The position numbers and the translations under genes are program-made. Below, piece after piece: positions 13,225-25,795 of a DNA stretch of 64,000 nucleotides. Source of the stretch: Mustelus asterias. Lineage: Eukaryota. The stretch spans positions 122,264,001 through 122,328,000 of the forward strand of contig NC_135805.1 in assembly GCF_964213995.1 (NCBI RefSeq). Reading direction: 5' to 3'. The notes below the pieces were generated by a model. It did not search any database. It had not been told where the DNA came from and saw only the letters and a program-made list of their open reading frames with translations. Every line of letters starts with the position of its first letter. The first letter of the stretch is position 1.

Positions 13225-14530
13225 AATTACAGCATGGAAACAGACCATTCGGCCCACTTGGTTTCCGCTGATGCTTATGCTCCATGTGAGCCTCTTGCTG
13301 CAGTAAGTCATCTAACCATATCTGCATCTCCCTCTATTCTTTTCTCCTCATTTACTTATCCAGTTTCCCCATGAAGGCATCAATGCTTTTCATCTCATCT
13401 ACTGTGTGGTAGCAAGTTTCACGTTTTAACTTTTACAAAAAAATCTACTGAATTGCTTCTTGGTTTCTGTGGCTATATTTCTGCCTATAACCACTAGATT
13501 TGAACGCACTCAGAATTGGAAACATCCCCTCTGCCTGCTGTTTCAAACCTCTTCCAAATTTTCAAGACCTCTTGTATATCATCCCTCTTTTCTAGAAGAA
13601 TGAATCCTACCTGTTCAGTCTTCACTGATGACTATAATCTCTCAGTCTAGCATCATCCTTACATCTTCACTAGTGCCTCTATATCCCTGTTGTAATGGTG
13701 AAGTTGGAACAATGCGCAATGTTCCACATGTGATCTGTGTAAGTTTAACATAACTTCTCTGCTTTTCAATGATCCTCCTCTGAGAGTGGTCTTCAGTGCT
13801 TTGTTTGCATTCGTTTGTCTTATTAAACTGCGTGCTGCTTTAAATACTCTGCGATTAACATCCCTAGTTTTTAGGGGCGGCACAGTGGTTAGCACTGCTG
13901 CCTTACAGCGCCAGGGAGCTAGGTTGGATTCCCGGCTTGGGTCACTGTCTGTGTGGAGTTTGCACGTTCTCCCCGTGTCTGTGTGGGTTTCCTCCGGGTG
14001 CTCCACGATTTCCTCCCACAGTCTGAAAGATGTGCTGGTTAAGTGCATTGACCCGAACAGGCGCCGGAGTGTGGCGACTAGGGGAATTTCACAGTCACTT
14101 CATTGAAATTTTAATGTAAGCTTTACTTGTGATCAATAAATAAATAAACTTTAAACTTTTCCCTGTACTCCTCTAATGCATTTAGACTCTTATTTTCCAA
14201 GGTATATGTGATCTCCTTATTCCTCTTGGCAAAACGCATCACCTCCCTTGTCAAAAACACTCGCTGCCTTCACCCTCAAATTTTGAAATTGTACGACCAA
14301 TTGTCAATTATAAATCATTGATATAAATGATAAATAGTGCTGGTCCCTGTGGACCACCACTTCTTACTGCAAGTTTGGGTAACTTCCTTTATAACCATAC
14401 TTTCTGCCTGTAGCCAACTGACCATTTATTCTGCTTCTTGCCCCATGACTGCACAATCTCTGATCTCATGAGTTTGTCTAAGGCTTTTTGAAATTCCAAG
14501 TTTATGACATTACTGCATCACCCTGCAATC
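13225..14530 (-). mobile_element. Old degenerate CR1 LINE containing a SINE
   Basis: Reverse-complement CR1 tail (cagcatggaaacagaccattcggccc) at ~13230. Minus-strand peptide LKSREVMLNL...HVEHCALF...HYNRDIEAL. Confidence 0.75.
13874..14158 (+). mobile_element. V-SINE with a non-CR1 tail
   Basis: HE1-like head and V-domain, but tail ggggaatttcacagtcacttcattg...taatgtaagctttacttgtga...aataaactttaaac. Same family as 56393-56675. Confidence 0.85.
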
Positions 14531-17034
14531 TCTGTCAATCTTGTAACCTTTTATGACCTCTATTGTCATCCAGTCCTAGCCTCTTCCTCATCCTAGATTC
14601 TCAATCCTCTATTGGCAATTGTGCCTTCAGTTGTCCAGTTCCTAAGCTTTGGAATTCCCTCCCTCAGCCTCTCCACCTCTCTCCTTAATTCGCTTCGTAA
14701 ACCTCCTGGTATCGACAAGCATTTGGTCACATGACCTAATGGAGCTGTGTGGCTCGTTAGCAAATTTTATTACCACTCCTGGGATGTTTTTGCTGTTTGC
14801 AGCAGTATACAAATGTTGGCACCAGTTGAAATGAGTAAAATTTCTGCACATGGTGCAAGACCAATCTTTCCGCTACTTTTCCTCCTCTTGTGGGAGGTAA
14901 CAGGCCTGTGTTTGGTCAACGACTTATGGAAAAATAAAAATGTCACCCTGGCCAAAACAAATTTGGATTTCAGCAACACTGACCCTCCTCTTATCCCTAA
15001 ATATCTTCTTTCTTTAGAAACACATCATCTAGTGTCTTAAACCTACTTATTCTTTTCACTTGAGTGGCCTTCCCCTCGTAACTATGTCTATTGCCTTTTA
15101 TGTGACAATTCTACTGGAATTTCTATTTGACCTTCTGATTACTTCCCTAGTTTTTGAGCTCTTTTTGTTAATGTGAGGTTTATCGATCCCCCCACAATGA
15201 TTTAAAAAAGTTATTAGCCAAGTTGTTGAAACCCTTCTTGCTGATGAGATATAATTTTTATTGCCCAATTCTAGACTCTCTTGCGTAAATATGTGTATTC
15301 TTTCAGTATAGTATTCAATAATGTAGACAGTGCTGTATATGGGTCAGGCCATGGACATATACAAGTTAGGTTAATTTGTATTTTGTCACTGTCAATGCAG
15401 TTGCAATATTTGCTTTTCTTATGTTTATCTGTATCTAATTACTAAGTAGATGGTTTCAATATTTTACTGCTTTTTGATCATACGGTTCTATACAATACCT
15501 ATGGATGCAATGTTCCTGTGAAGGACCTGAAAAGTTTTACCTTTTTAAACATGCCTTACAAATCCAAGTCATATTTCCTAATCATCTTCATTGAAACATT
15601 CCTTGGGCTCTCTGGGAACTTGTCCAATTTTCTGGTTCTGGAAATAGGAGACTTGATTTTTGTTTTAGTTTCATCCTTCATTAGGCTGTTAAAGTGAGAA
15701 GTTTTCCTATACTGGATGGCACGGTTGTGAATGAGGCTTTTGAACTGGCCATACTTCAGCAATGAGATGGGTTTACACATTGGTTATCTATCACTAATAT
15801 TCAGTGGCGATTAAGAGGCAGTCATAATTTAAAGACTGTCATACGACCAAATGGTGGAGAGGCTGAATTAGCTGTTGCCATTGGTTGTGAGAATTGTTGA
15901 AACTGTGTGTCTTCAACTGCCAAAATTTTGCTTGCTTTTTCGAATGGGAGTCTGGAATGTAAGCTCGGAGAAAGAAAAATGGTGGAACCGTGATGACATG
16001 AAACCTCCAAACCTTTTAAGTATTCCAGGTTTGTTCTGGTCAGGGCTAATCTATCATTCACTTCATCCCTATCTTGCGGATGCTGCTCAACCTGCAGTAA
16101 CAAGGAGCTAGCTATTGGATTAACTTTCTTCTGACTAATTTCAGTGAGACTGGGTGGGACTTCCACCTGATGTTCAAAATCTCTTGTTTGCCAGCTTTAA
16201 ACCTCTCCAAGTTTCATTTGTTCAAAAATACTCCGATGTCAGGAAGCACAGTGGCCATCAAAGCACAAGTGAATTTATGCAAATTTCTATCTTGTGCAAC
16301 TGTGGAGGACTTTCTTTTTTGCCCTTGTTTCAAGAAGGGAATACCTAAATCCAAGTAAGTATAAATTATCTGTGAAGTTGTAATGAGTTAGCTCAGCATC
16401 GTTACTATAGTCTTATTGAAACACTCTTCAGTGTCAAAGTGTGGTTGTATTTAATAAAATAAATGATGAAACTGAGGCCTAGGTGAGTTCTTTTTTAATA
16501 AATTCTGTTAAATGCTTCCAGGGAAGATGGTGTTCTTGACTGCCTAGGCTTGTTGCCCTTCATTGGTCAGGGTCGCTTACAGTAATCCTCTATTGTGCAT
16601 CCCTCTTCAGAAAATAACACAACTACCAGAGACCTCATTCTCCTGGGTGGAGGATCGATTACACACTGATGGGCAGTGTTTGATGAATGAATTGTCCTCA
16701 TTCAAGACCTGTTACTCATTTGGATGACTTGAGTGGGCCAATTTTTTGGTTGTTGGGAGGTTATGAATGAGCAATAAATGGAATGAGGTGGGGAAGTTGT
16801 TGAGTGGGATGTTGATGGTGAGGCAGTGCTTCAGTAGTATTGCAGCAGCCAATGCAGTGTTTGCTGAAGAATGTAATACCAGTGTAAAGGTTAGATTCGG
16901 CTTCTCCCAGGATTTCAGTGGCATGAAGGAGAGACCTAGCCTCAAAAATTGCACTCAACGCAGCGTGTCATATTTAAAGGGTTTCTTGTGTCCTTATCAT
17001 TTGGAGGAATGTTTCTAGAATGTATTGAATGGCT

Positions 17035-17660
17035 ATAGCATGAAAACAGGCCATTTGGCCTATTGAGCCCTTGCCAGATCTCTGAAAGAGCAATTTAGTT
17101 AGTTCAGCTGCCCCTCTATTTCCCGATGACACTGTAATTCATTTTCCTTCAGGCACTTATACCATTCCCTTTTGAACGACATGATTGAATCTGCTTTAAC
17201 AACCTTTTCAAGCAGTAAGCAGTGCATTCCAAATTGTACCCACTCGTTGCATTAAAGGGCTTTCCCTCATGTTAACCTTGTTTCTTTTGCCAGTCACCTT
17301 AACTCGGACTCCTCTCATTCTCAATTCTTCTGCTGAAGGGAATAATTTATCTCTATCTACTCTGTCAATGCCCCTTATGATTTTGAATACTTCCATCAAA
17401 TCTCTTCATCACCTTTACTCTAAAGGGAACAGCTCCACCTTCTCCAACCTAAAAATGTAACTGAAACTCAACCTGCAACCATTTCCATGAATCTTCACCC
17501 CCTCTCAAACCACCTCCTCTTTCCTAAAATGTCCAGAATTGGATGCACTACTCCAGTTGAGGCTAAACCAATATTTTATAAAGGTTCATTATTATTTCCT
17601 TAGTTTTCTTCTCTGTGCCCCCATTTCTAATCCTGTTTGCCTTTTAACTGCCTGCTATCT
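17035..17660 (-). mobile_element. Old CR1 3' fragment
   Basis: ORF 17208-17399 MMEVFKIIRGIDRVDRDKLFP and reverse-complement CR1 tail at ~17040. Confidence 0.8.
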
Positions 17661-17669
17661 ACAACCATT

Positions 17670-17990
17670 CAAGAATCCCTACAGTGCAGAAGGAGGCCAT
17701 TCAGCCCTTCGAGCCTGCACCAACAACAATCCCACCCAGGCCCTCTCCCTGTAACCCCACGTATTTACCCTGCTAATCCCCCTGACACTAAGGGTTAATT
17801 TAGCATGGCCAATCAACTTAACCAGTGCACTCTAGAGTGTGGAAGAAAACTAGAGCACCCGGAGCAAACCCATGCAGATACAGGGAGAATGTGCAAACTT
17901 CACACAGACAGTGACCTGAGGCCGGAATTGAACCCAGGTCCCTGGCGCTGTGAAGCAGCAGTGCCAACCACTGGGCCATCATGCTGCCCA
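17670..17990 (-). mobile_element. HE1-type V-SINE
   Basis: Reverse complement of the HE1 head, V-domain and tail (agaatccctacagtgcagaaggaggccattc). Confidence 0.9.
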
Positions 17991-18064
17991 TTAAATGTGC
18001 ACACTTGTGCACACATATCCCCAGGCCTCTCAGCTCCTACATCTCCTTTGGAATGATACCCTTT

Positions 18065-19026
18065 AATTAATGATTTGGATGAGAATATAGGAGGCATGGT
18101 TAGTAAGTTTGCAGACGACACCAAGATTGGTGGCATAGTGGACAGTGAAGAAAGTTATCCCCAATTGCAATGGGATCTTGATCAATTGGGCCAGTGGGCT
18201 GACGAATGGCAGATGGATTAATTTAGACAAATGCGAGGTGATGCACTTTGGTAGATTGAACCAGGGCAGGACTTACTCAGTTAATGGTAGGGCGTTGGGG
18301 AGAGTTACAGAACAAAGAGATCTAGGGGTACATGTTCATAACTCCTTGAAAGTGGAGTCACAGGTGGACAGAGTGGTGAAGAAGGCATTCGGCATGCTTG
18401 GTTTCATCGGTCAGAACATTGAATACAGGAGTTGGGACGTCTTGTTGAAGTTGTACAAGACATTGGTAAGGCCACACTTGGAATACTGTGTGCAGTTCTA
18501 GTCACCCTATTATAGAAAGGATATTATTAAACTAGAAAGGGTGCAGAAAAGATTTACTAGGATGCTACCGGGACTTGATGGTTTGAGTTATAAGGAGAGG
18601 CTGGATAGACTGGGACTTTTTTCTATGGAGCGTAAAAGGCTGAGGGGTGATCTTATAGAAGTCTATAAAATAATGAGGGGCATAGATAAGGTAGATAGTC
18701 AATATATTTTCCCTAAGGTAGGGGAGTCTAAAACGAGAGGGCATAGGTTTAAGGTGAGAGGGGAGAGATACAAAAGTGACCAGAGGGGCAATTTTTCTCA
18801 CACAGGATGGTGAGTGTCTGGAACAAGCTGCTAGAGGTAGTAGTAGAGGCGGGTGCAATTTTGTCTTTTAAAAAGCATTTAGATAGTTGCATGGATAAGA
18901 TGGGTATAGAGGGATATGGGCCAAGTGTAGGCAATTGGGATTAGCTTAGGGGTTTAAAAAAAAGGGCGGCATGGACAAGTTGGGCCGAAGGGCCTGTTTC
19001 CATGCTATAAACCTCTGACTCTATGT
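18065..19026 (+). mobile_element. 5'-truncated CR1 LINE (subfamily E)
   Basis: INDLDENIGGMVSKFADDTK through RPHLEYCVQF. Tail gggccgaagggcctgtttccatgctataaacctct. Confidence 0.93.
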
Positions 19027-19558
19027 TGACGCTGCTTATTCTTCTGAGCAAAATGTATCACGTCTCACTTCTTGGCGCATCATCTGCCCAATCCACCCAG
19101 AACCGCTGCAAGGGCATTTGCCGCCCGAAGTGAACTTTCAGCCTGGCATGCCCCTCCACATCACTTCCATTTCTGGGAAACATTGGCGGAAGTGACTTCA
19201 AGGAAAACCGGTGACAAGGCATGAGTGGGTTCCTAGGAATCGCATCCTAGTAACCCAGTGACGAGCTTAAGGAGCAGGTTAACATGGGGGATTCACTGCC
19301 TCCACATTGGCAACTCAAGCTGCCTCTCGTGTGAATACACCCGGGCAACGAGCAAGCTGTGGGTCAACACTCTGCTTATTTAACTTCTGGTCAGTCACTT
19401 ATAGGATCGGAATAATGCACAAACCATTCCAGTAAATCTAAAAATCAAAACACTGACCGAATCAGAAGTGAACTGATACTAACACCCTCCTCACGCCCAT
19501 CACAATTGGACTAATACTTGCAGCTCACGCCCGATCTCTCAATGAAATTTAAACCCTG

Positions 19559-19832
19559 CCAATCCCATTGCAGCTTGCCAAAATCCCAGCCAATCAGAGT
19601 CTTGGCTTTTTGTTTGGTTGAGGAGTTTTGAATTTGATTGGGCAGTGCAGTGCTGGATGTGATGTCACGGCTTGGCAATGTCCCATGGCGATGGGAGGCA
19701 CAATCTCTTTTCCCTGGTTGCTATGGAAAGCTGACACTGATTTGTTTAAATCACTGGGTTTCAGTTTTGATTTGTTTTAAAAGAACTGTCAGTTTTCTGC
19801 TGCCTGCTCCAGTTGGTGCTGCCCAAGTGAGT
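19559..19832 (+). promoter_or_regulatory. Candidate RFX/NF-Y promoter-like module followed by a splice donor
   Basis: CCAAT at 19559 and 19590, ATTGG at 19637, TGATGTCA at 19660-19667, X-box-like GTTGCTATGGAAAG at 19717-19730, donor CAA|GTGAGT at 19826/19827. Motif evidence only. Confidence 0.3.
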
Positions 19833-21449
19833 GCATCGTGGTAGTGCCAGCTCTGACCCCACCAGCCTGCCTGTATCCCCTTGAAGTCTAGCACTATCCT
19901 CCCTAAAGTTCACTGTACTTCCAGGTTTTGTGCTATCATGAGCTGCAACATTGCAAGCAAACCCATTATGTAGCATCTTATCAAATGCTCATGCACACCA
20001 CATCAACAGCATTACCTTCAGCAAACCTCACTGTTACCACAACAAAAATCTCAATCAAGTTAGTTAACCTTGATTTTTGTTTCCACCACTGAGGTTATAC
20101 TGACCTGTAGTCACTGGCTTTATTTATACTTGCCCCCATTTTTAAACAAGGGAATCATTTGCAATGTTCTAGCTTTCTGGCACCAACCCTCATTTCTAAA
20201 GAATATTGGAATATTCCTATTATAATGTCCACCCTTACCATCCTCCGATACACCCCATCTGGTCCTGGTTACCTTTAAATACAACCACCTTCTCTAATGC
20301 CTCTAGCAATTTTTAGCCCATGCTATATCTCCACCTTCTCCTCTTTCACAATGACTTTGGCAGCATCGTCCTTGTCAAAGACAGATGTAAAGTATACGTT
20401 TTCTACCTAAGTCATACTCTGCGTTCTTCCATGTTTTGGCCTCTTATTTGGACCCTAATCTGCCCCAGACAATGCCTTTTGGAGCTGAATCAGCAATTGA
20501 TTCAACTCTTTGATGGAAAGATGGGCCAGTGTAGGATTCTTGCTGAAAATCTCAGGAAGTGGTCATTTAATAACTAGATAATGAGGGTTGTGGCAGGCCT
20601 GGCAAGTTTAACAGAGAAGTCAAACTGCAGGAGACTTCCAGGCTGACTTATTTTTACCCAAGATAGTATCAATTCCAAACCTTTTCAAGGGATGCAGAGA
20701 ATGCGAGCATCCAATCCATTCTGTTGCTGGCACACTAAACTGGATATCTCTGCGAAAGGCCTGCATTATGTTGAATGATTTTGTTCATTGAAGTCCCTCA
20801 AGCACTTCATTTCCACCTACTTTGGAGAAATGCAACCCTCAGATTATTTGCGATATTTCATAAACAACACATTGTCTGTTGCTATAAAACCTCCCCACAA
20901 GATTAAAGGGCCACCTGGTATGTAGCTGCAAATAGCAAGTAAAATGTTTCAATTCTATTTGTTGGCTCCACTCTTCCGGTCTCTGGATCATGGGGGTTTT
21001 CACAGTAACTTCATTGCAGTGTTAATGTAAGTCTACTTGTGACAATAATAACTAAACCTTAAACCTCGTTGGAGGCCAGATGCACCCCAAAAGTAAAACT
21101 TTGGGCTCCTTTGAAAGTCCCAGTGCACTGACTGTGGGAATTGTCTGGGGAATTTGAACTTCCAGTGGGTAATTTTCTTGCACCACAGCACCCTCCGAAA
21201 AGGCCTCCAACTCTAACTCAGTGGTAGAGACCTCGCACAGTGTTATGAGCAGGGGCGAACTGGCTCTCCCCTCTATTTAATCTCCTCAGTTGATCACAAC
21301 AAAGGTTTTAATTTCTTCAGTTCAACACACTCGTATTATTCTCTTCAGCCCACCTGCCTTCATCAGACGATACAGGATGTAAGCAAACCAGAGGAAAAAG
21401 GCGAGCAGCCTCAGGAAGAAGCCTGTTCCTTGATTCAACCACTCCAGCC

Positions 21450-22275
21450 TCACTGGAGTCAATGGAAATCAGGGGGCAATTCCTGGCACATGGTAAGATG
21501 GTTGCGGTGATTGGAGGTCAATCATCTCAGCTCCAGGGCATCACTGCAGATGTTCCTCAGGGTAGTGTCCCCGGACCAACTATCTACAGCTGCTCCATCA
21601 ATGACCTTCCTTCCACCATAAGGTGGGGATATTTCAGCACCAAGCGTGACTCCTCAGACACTGTAGCAGTCCGTGTCCAAATGCAAAACCTGGATAATAT
21701 CCAGGCTTGGGCTGACAGGTGGCAAGTAACATTTGTGCCATACAAGTGCCAGGTAATGACCATCTCCAATTAGAGAGGATCTAACCATTGCCCTTTGACA
21801 TTCAATGGCATTACCATTCTTGAATCCCCCACTATCAACATCCTAGGGGGGGTTACCATTGACCAGAAACTGAACTGAACTAGTCGCAAAGTTACTGTGG
21901 CTACCAGAGCAGGTTAATCCTACAGCAAATAGTTTGCCTCCTGGCGCCCCAAAGATTGTCCACCATCTTCAAGGCACAAGTCGGGAGTGTGATGGAACAC
22001 TCTCCACTTGCCTGGATGAGGGCAACTCCAACAACACTCGAGTTCAAAAATCCAGGACAGAGCAGTCCACGTGATTGGTATCCCTTCCACAAATGTTTGC
22101 TCCCTGCACCACCAACGAACATTGGTAGAAGTGTGTATCATCTACAAGGTGCACTATGGGAACTCACCAGTACCTTCCAAACCTATGACCACTACCAACT
22201 AGAAGGATAAGGGCAGCAGATGCTTAGGAACATCACCACCTAGAGGTTACCCTCCAAGTCGCTCACCATCCTGAC
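21450..22275 (+). mobile_element. Degenerate LINE of a second CR1-group family
   Basis: VPQGSVPGPTIYSCSINDLPS, LDNIQAWADRWQVTF and MEHSPLAWM motifs. Homologous to 44735-46560 on the - strand. Confidence 0.8.
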
Positions 22276-23922
22276 AGAATTTCCTGCTGGCATGATACAA
22301 CATCGGAAGGCCTGATAGAATGACTGTAGACAGATGTTTTAATGACTATTCATAATATGCAAATGGCATTCATGCCACCAGCCAGCAGGAAGATGGACTT
22401 GATATTGGGAAAATGTCAATGTGATTTTATGCTGGTGGGTTCCTGACACTAGATTCTTCACTCCCACCCACCATCAAACCTGCCACAGGCGGCATCAGAG
22501 AATTCCACCCATAGACGCAGTTATCAGCAATAAGGGGAATTAGAGTCCAATAAAAAAAAGGTAAAATAAATATTAATTTAATTGTTCTTTGATCAACTTT
22601 GAGGCATTGATTTTAAATGCTGCATAGAATTTGGATTAGCTGGTTCCTTGGATGCAGTCAGATATTAAAGATTGAGATCTCGGTTTGCTGGTAGGTCTCT
22701 GGTAGATTTGGCTTCTCAAACTGGCGGACACTCTCATGGGGGAGAGGGAGAGAGAGCAGCTCACAGCTTTGTTCCTCGGCTGCAGACTGATTTGACACCA
22801 CCTGTATCACTCACAATCTCTCTCCATTGGCTGAGCAGTCTTACCTTGAAATACTTCACCCACAGTGTATTTCTAAGAGGTTTTGGGTGCCTGTGGCAGC
22901 CATTGTTTCAATACCCAGTAATTTTCATTTTTAATATCTCCTCCTCAAACAGTTATGAGTTTTGATGGGTGTCTTGATTATAGGGAATGTCCCTCTTGCC
23001 ACACTCCCTTGAGGGTGATTTGTTTGTTTCTCACCTTCACCTTGGAATCTGACCTTGTATTTTTAAGCACTTTGCTTTGTCTCATTTCAAATTGCAAAAT
23101 TTCGAGTCAGTTGAAACTTGAAAAATCATACTTTCAAATGTAAAACGGCATAGCCACATTACAACAGTTTGAACTCACTTACCTGGATTCTCAGTTACCC
23201 AGGAAATGTTCCTCATCTAACTATATACCTGACCTCTTGCAATCGCTTACACTGGCCCCCATCCTGACCTCATAACCCCCTCATTCAACGCACAAGCACA
23301 CCCGGTCCCAACCTGACACCCTCCATCCCCGACTCTGCCTCCTTAACCCCAACTACCTCTCCACAAACTCCAGAATAGAATAAGGGAGAACCAATAGATG
23401 TTACTGTGGGAGGCGAGGGAAGAGATTGCCGAACCTCTGGCGATGATCTTTGCGTCGTCGATGGAGACAGGAGAGGTTCCGGAGGATTGCGGATGTGGTT
23501 CCTATATTCAAGAAAGGGAATAGAGATAGCCCAGGAAATTACTGACTGGTGAGTCTAACCTCAGTGGTTGGTAAGTTGGTGGAGAAGATCCTGAGGGACA
23601 GGATTTATGAACATTTAGAGAAGTTTAGTATGCTCAAAAGTAGTCAGCACGGCTTTGTCAAAGGCAAATCGTGCCTTACGAGCCTGGTGGAGTTCTTTGA
23701 AAATGTGACTAAACACATTGACGAAGGAAAAGCGGTAGATGTGGTTTACATGGACTTCAGCAAGGCGTTCGATAAGGTCCCCCATGCAAGACTTCTCGAG
23801 AAAGTGAGAGGGCATGGGATCAAAGGGGCTGTTGCCTTGTGGATCCAGAACTGGCTTGCCTGCAGAATAAGAAGTCTCACAACACCAGGTTAAAGTCCAA
23901 CAGGTTTATTTGGTAGCAAATA

Positions 23923-23959
23923 CCATAAGCTTTTGGAGCGCTGCCCCTTCGTCAGATGG
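23923..23959 (-). ncRNA. Minimal type-I hammerhead ribozyme motif (G12 mutated)
   Basis: CCAU-CUGACGA-A-GGGGC-agc-GCUCC-AAAA-GCUU-AUGG. Stem I is CCAU/AUGG and stem II is intact. The GAAA reads AAAA here, whereas other copies in the window have GAAA. Confidence 0.7.
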
Positions 23960-24169
23960 AGTGGACATCTGCTCTCAAACAGTGCAAACAGACACAGAAA
24001 TCAAGTTACAGAATACTAATTAGAATGCAAATCTCTACAGCCAGCCAGGTCTTAAAGGTACAGATAATGTGGGTGGAGGGAACATTAAACACAAGTTAAA
24101 GAGATGTGTATTGTCTCCAGACAGAACAGCTAGTGAGATTCTGCAAGATCAGGGGGAAAGCTGTGGGGG

Positions 24170-24721
24170 TTACTGATAATGTGACATAAATCCAACATCC
24201 CGGTTTAGGCCATCCTCATGTGTGCGGAACTTGGCTATCAGTTTCTGCTCAGCGACTCTGCGCTGTCATGTGTCGTGAAGGCCGCCTTGGAGAACGCTTA
24301 CCTGAAGATCCAAGGCTGAATGCCCGTGACTGCTGAAGTGCTCCCCCACAGGAAGAGGACAGTCTTGCCTGGTGATTGTCGAGCGATGTTCATTCATCCA
24401 TTGTCGTAGCGTCTGCATGGTTTCCCCAATGTACCATGCCTCGGGACATCCTTTCCTGCAGCGTATCAGGTAGACAACGTTGGCCGCGTTGCAAGAGTAG
24501 GTACCATGTACCTGGTAGATGGTGTTTTCATGTGAGATGATGGCATCCGTGTCGATGATCCGGCATGTCTTGCAGAGGTTGCTGTGGCAGGGTTGTGTGG
24601 TGTCATGGTCACTGTTCTCCTGAAGGCTGGGTAGTTTGCTGCGGACAATGGTCTGTTTGAGGTTGCATGGTTGTTTGAAGGCAAGAAGTAGGGGTGTGGG
24701 GATGGCCTTGGCGAGATGTTC
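24170..24721 (-). pseudogene. Penelope GIY-YIG endonuclease domain (one internal TGA at 24266-24268)
   Basis: Manual translation: ...QPCHSNLCKTC...YSCNAANVVYLIRCRKGCPEAWYIGETMQTLRQWMNEH...VGEHF...AEQKLIAKFRTHEDGLNRD. Confidence 0.9.
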
Positions 24722-25795
24722 GTCTTTTTTGCCTGCAGAAGGCAGAGAGTGGTTATAGATGGGTCTTTTTCTGAATGGAGGTCGGTCACCAGTGGAGTTC
24801 CCCAGGGATCTGTTCTGGGACCCTTACTGTTTGTCATTTTCATAAATGACCTGGTTGAGAAAGTGGAGGGATGGGTTGGTAAGTTTGCCGACGACACGAA
24901 GGTTGGTGGTGTTGTGGATAGTTTGGAGGGATGTCAGAAGCTGCAGCGTGATATAGATAGGATGCGAGACTGGGCGGAGAAGTGGCAGATGGACTTCAAC
25001 CCGGATAAATGTGTAGTGGTCCATTTTGCAGGTCAAATGGGATGAAGGAGTATAATATCAAGGGTAAGACTCTTAGCAGTGTAGAGGATCAGAAGGACCT
25101 TGGGGTCCAGGCCCATAGGACTCTTAAATCGGCCTTGCAGGTAGAGGAGGTGGTTAAGAAGGCGTATGGTGTGCTGGCCTTCATCAATCCAGGGATTGAG
25201 TTTCGGAGTCGGGAGATAATGATGCAACTTTATAAGACCCTCGTCAGACCCCACTTAGAGTACTGTGCTCAGTTCTGGTCGCCTCATTACAGGAGGGATG
25301 TGGAAATTATTGAAAGGGTGCAGAGAAGATTTACAAGGATGTTCCCTGGATTGGTTGGCATGCCTTATGAGGATAGGTTGAGGGAGCTCGGTCTTTTCTC
25401 CTTGGAGAGACAAAGGATGAGAGGTGACCTGATAGAGGTGTACAAGATGTTGAGAGGTATAGATCAGGTGGATTCTCGGAAGCTTTTTCCCAGGGCTGAA
25501 ATGTCTGCTATGAGAGGACACAGGTTTAAGCTGCTGGGGAGTAGGTACAGAGGAGATGTCAGGGGTAAGTTTTTCACTCAGAGGGTGGTGGGTGAATGGA
25601 ATCGGCTGCCGTCAGTGGTGGTGGAGGCAAACTCGATAGGGTCTTTTAAGAGACTTCTGGATGAGTACATGGAACTTAATAGGATTGAGGGTTATAGGTA
25701 AGCCTATATATAAGCCTAGGTAGGTAGGGACATGACTGGCGCAACTTGTGGGCCGAAGGGCCTGTTTGTGCTGTATTTTTTCTATGTCCTATGTG

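Larger units (their letters stand above)
23868..24728 (-). mobile_element. 5'-truncated Penelope-like element with 12-bp TSD
   Basis: TSD TTGCCTGCAGAA at 23856-23867 and 24729-24740. Contains a GIY-YIG coding region and a hammerhead motif. Confidence 0.92.
23405..25795 (+). mobile_element. CR1 LINE (subfamily C) split by a Penelope insertion and nested in an older CR1
   Basis: ORFs 23549-23893, 24716-25045 and 25009-25701 are consecutive CR1 RT pieces. CR1 tail at 25750-25795. Confidence 0.93.

Noticed and set aside
15550-16490. Several 60-114 aa ORFs and two consensus donors (~16355, ~16483)
   Set aside because: No recognisable homology and no matching acceptor or frame. An unannotated exon cannot be supported without RNA data.
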